Part shown: positions 61,873 to 64,000 of the stretch, in pieces
Layout of the letters: each line of letters starts with the position of its first letter
How positions within the stretch are numbered: position 1 is the first letter of the stretch
Assembly: GCA_031441465.1 (NCBI GenBank)
Contig: JANOEP010000011.1
Span: 32,001-96,000 of the forward strand
From: a bacterium
GTDB lineage: Bacteria > Krumholzibacteriota > Krumholzibacteriia > LZORAL124-64-63
Reading direction: 5' to 3'
Length of the DNA: 64,000 nucleotides
Position numbers and translations under genes: made by a program
Notes under the pieces: model-generated
The model's database searches: none
The model's input: the letters and a program-made list of their open reading frames with translations, nothing else
Told to the model about the DNA's origin: nothing

Positions 61873-62547
61873 TCAGCAGAGGGCGAGCACTTCGTCCACG
61901 AGCCTGCCGATGCCGTCGAACACTACGGAAATCCTGTCGGTGACCATGTAGGCCGGTGTGGTCACGACGCGGTTCACGCCGTCCACCACCACCTCGTCGG
62001 CCGCGGCCGGCACGTGCCGGGCGCCCATCGCCTCCAGCGCCGCCGCCTGGCCGGGGTCGTCGCCGATGGTCAGTTTCACGGGCGGCCGCTCGTCACCCGT
62101 GCGGGTCCCCAGGACGCGGGCGACCAGGACCGGGGCGATGCAGGCCGCGCCGATGACCTTGCCCGCGCCGTGCATGGCGGCGAGGAACGCGGCCACCGAC
62201 GGTTCGACCGTGCACGCTGCGCCCTCGGTGGCGAAGGTGCAGAGGTTCTTGGCGACGCCGAAGCCGCCCGGCAGCACCACCGCATCGAAATCCTCGACGC
62301 ACAGGTCCCTCACCTCGGCGACCGGTCCGCGCGCGATGCGCGCCGACTCGACGCGCATGTCGCGGGTCTCGCCCGCAGCGGGTTCCCGGCGCAGGTGGTC
62401 GATCACGTGCAGTTGCGGTCCCGAGGGGGCGGCGACGGTCACGCGCGCACCGGCCCGGTCGAGCGCGAGCAGCACGGCCGTGGCCTCGTGGATTTCCGAA
62501 CCGTCGAACACGCCGGCGCCGCTCAGGATTACCGCCACGCGTTTCAT
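61873..62547 (-). CDS. elbB: ElbB/ES1 glyoxalase (DJ-1/PfpI superfamily)
   Basis: GVFDGSEIHEA, ESARIARG, PGGFGVAKNL, CIAP, TTPAYM. Confidence 0.92.
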   Translation of the reverse strand: MKRVAVILSGAGVFDGSEIHEATAVLLALDRAGARVTVAAPSGPQLHVIDHLRREPAAGETRDMRVESARIARGPVAEVRDLCVEDFDAVVLPGGFGVAKNLCTFATEGAACTVEPSVAAFLAAMHGAGKVIGAACIAPVLVARVLGTRTGDERPPVKLTIGDDPGQAAALEAMGARHVPAAADEVVVDGVNRVVTTPAYMVTDRISVVFDGIGRLVDEVLALC

Positions 62548-62712
62548 GGCGCCACCTCCCTCCAGGAAGAGTTGGGATTTTCGGGCCATCGGCCCCGGAT
62601 GTCAACCCCCCGCGGTCGGCCGGCAAGAGACTTTTTGGGGGCGTCGCCGGCGAGTACTACCTTGGGCCGTGATGCCGCGCGCAAACGCGCGCCGGCTCGA
62701 CACGGAGGGGCG

Positions 62713-63186
62713 ATGTCGAAAATCGCGATCGGCGGGATGGTCGAAACGCCCGCCCTGGTGCTCCTGAAGGTCCTGGGCGCCCGCAAGGGACCCGGCGTGG
62801 CCGGTCTGGCCCTGTCGACGCTCGGTGCGCACGGGGTCAACGTGCTGTGCGTGGTCTCGTCCTCGGACCGCTACGGCCGCGAGAACATGACCGTGGCCGT
62901 GGGCCGCGACGATCTCGACCAGGCGCTGGGCCTGCTGCAAGCCGTCCGCGAGGAAATCGACTCGGAACGCATCGAAGTGGTGCGCAACTGCTGCCTGATC
63001 TCGGTCTACGGCCCCCACTTCAGCGAACGGCCGTCCATCGCCGGCATGATCTTCGACGCCCTGGCCGCCGGTAAAATCGACATCCATGCCATCAGCACTT
63101 CGGTTTCGACCGTTTCCTGCCTCATCGACCAGGACGACCTGGAACCCGCCCGCCGACAACTCCAGGCCGTCTTCTTAATGCCTTAA
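62713..63186 (+). CDS. Stand-alone tandem ACT-domain protein (aspartokinase beta-like)
   Basis: PGVAG..GVNV and IAGMIFDALA..IHAISTS..VSCLID repeats. Confidence 0.8.
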   Translation: MSKIAIGGMVETPALVLLKVLGARKGPGVAGLALSTLGAHGVNVLCVVSSSDRYGRENMTVAVGRDDLDQALGLLQAVREEIDSERIEVVRNCCLISVYGPHFSERPSIAGMIFDALAAGKIDIHAISTSVSTVSCLIDQDDLEPARRQLQAVFLMP

Positions 63187-63252
63187 GTTGTGCCGTCGAG
63201 ATTGTGTCCGGCCGCGCCATCGGTTAGCGCGGCCGGCTCTCGTTTCATCCTC

Positions 63253-64000
63253 TCACATCGCGTAGCTCAACTCATGCCGCCGCTGCCGCGGCAACACCCG
63301 CGTGCTGACCGTGCGCCAGTAGTACTCGGTCCAACGCGCCGGCAACTCGATGCGGCTCACGAACAACCGACGTTCCAGCAACTCACTCACCGAGAGCCGC
63401 CTGTCGAACATCCCGCGCGCCTGCGCCGGCGTCGGGCTCCCGCGCTCCTTCTCCCGCCTGCCCTTCATGTAGTTCCGCCACACCAGGAACACCGCCAATC
63501 GCTCCGCGCTCGACTGCCGGCGCTTCGACCACGCGATCGTCTCGCGCTTGTGGTTCGCGCTGCTGTGGCGGATCAACAGGTCCAGCAAGTTGAACGGGAA
63601 CAACGGGTTGCCCGCATCCCGCCGCTCCCGGCTCGACGTCACTAGGTGGGTCGATTCGCAAGGCAACCCCTTCAGGACCCGCGGGTAGATCTGGTGCTCG
63701 TCACTCAAGACGGTCACCCGCCGTTGCCCGCCGGTGACCACCTCCAGCAGATGCTTCACGTCCTTGAACACGGCCTTGGAGTCCGGCCGGCCAAGGCGGG
63801 CTTCCAGCCGCTGGCGCTTGCGCTTCTGCGCCTTGGTCATGCGGCCGCTGCGGCGGACCTCGCTTTCGGTGAAGTAGATCATGAAGTCGGTGTCCGTCTC
63901 TACGGCCAGGTGGTGGTGGAAGGGCCAGTACTGGGAATGCTCGAAAGAGACGAAGCCGTCGATGGCGAACTGGTCGGCCGGCTTGGCGGACTGCATGCGT
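63253..64000 (-). mobile_element. Partial IS1-like DDE transposase-related CDS (5' end outside window)
   Basis: Acidic motifs IDGF..E and SDEHQIY, RHSSANHKRETIAWSK, RNY, TPAQARG resemble IS1/IS6-type C-termini; hairpin 63208-63236 downstream. Confidence 0.55.

Overview
GC-rich (about 70%, estimated by eye), densely coded chromosomal window from a diderm bacterium. An FCB-group candidate phylum such as Krumholzibacteriota/Latescibacterota is my guess from gene content, not shown by the sequence. It carries housekeeping genes (tRNA-Met-tilS-ftsH-folP-cdaA; gltX with tRNA-Gln and tRNA-Glu; pepT; transketolase; MsbA-like exporter; tdh-like; elbB; a ParA-family ATPase), transport clusters, five alkaline-phosphatase-superfamily genes and several thiol-redox genes. 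The most notable items are: (1) a five-gene porin-multiheme cytochrome operon (His-rich membrane protein, 20- and 13-CxxCH cytochromes, beta-barrel, ferredoxin/flavin NAD(P) oxidoreductase) that may form a cytoplasm-to-surface electron conduit; (2) a SelW/Rdx selenoprotein (CxxU, in-frame TGA plus SECIS-like hairpin) missed by the ORF track; (3) two covarying copies of a cruciform extragenic repeat, each just after a stop codon; (4) a long palindrome that mirrors the 3' end of a gene; (5) two sigma54-type promoter architectures, one ahead of a structured RNA candidate; (6) a phosphodiesterase pair with a free-standing 'LGY' microprotein; (7) a partial IS1-like transposase at the right edge. 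All family calls come from motif recognition; no database searches were run.
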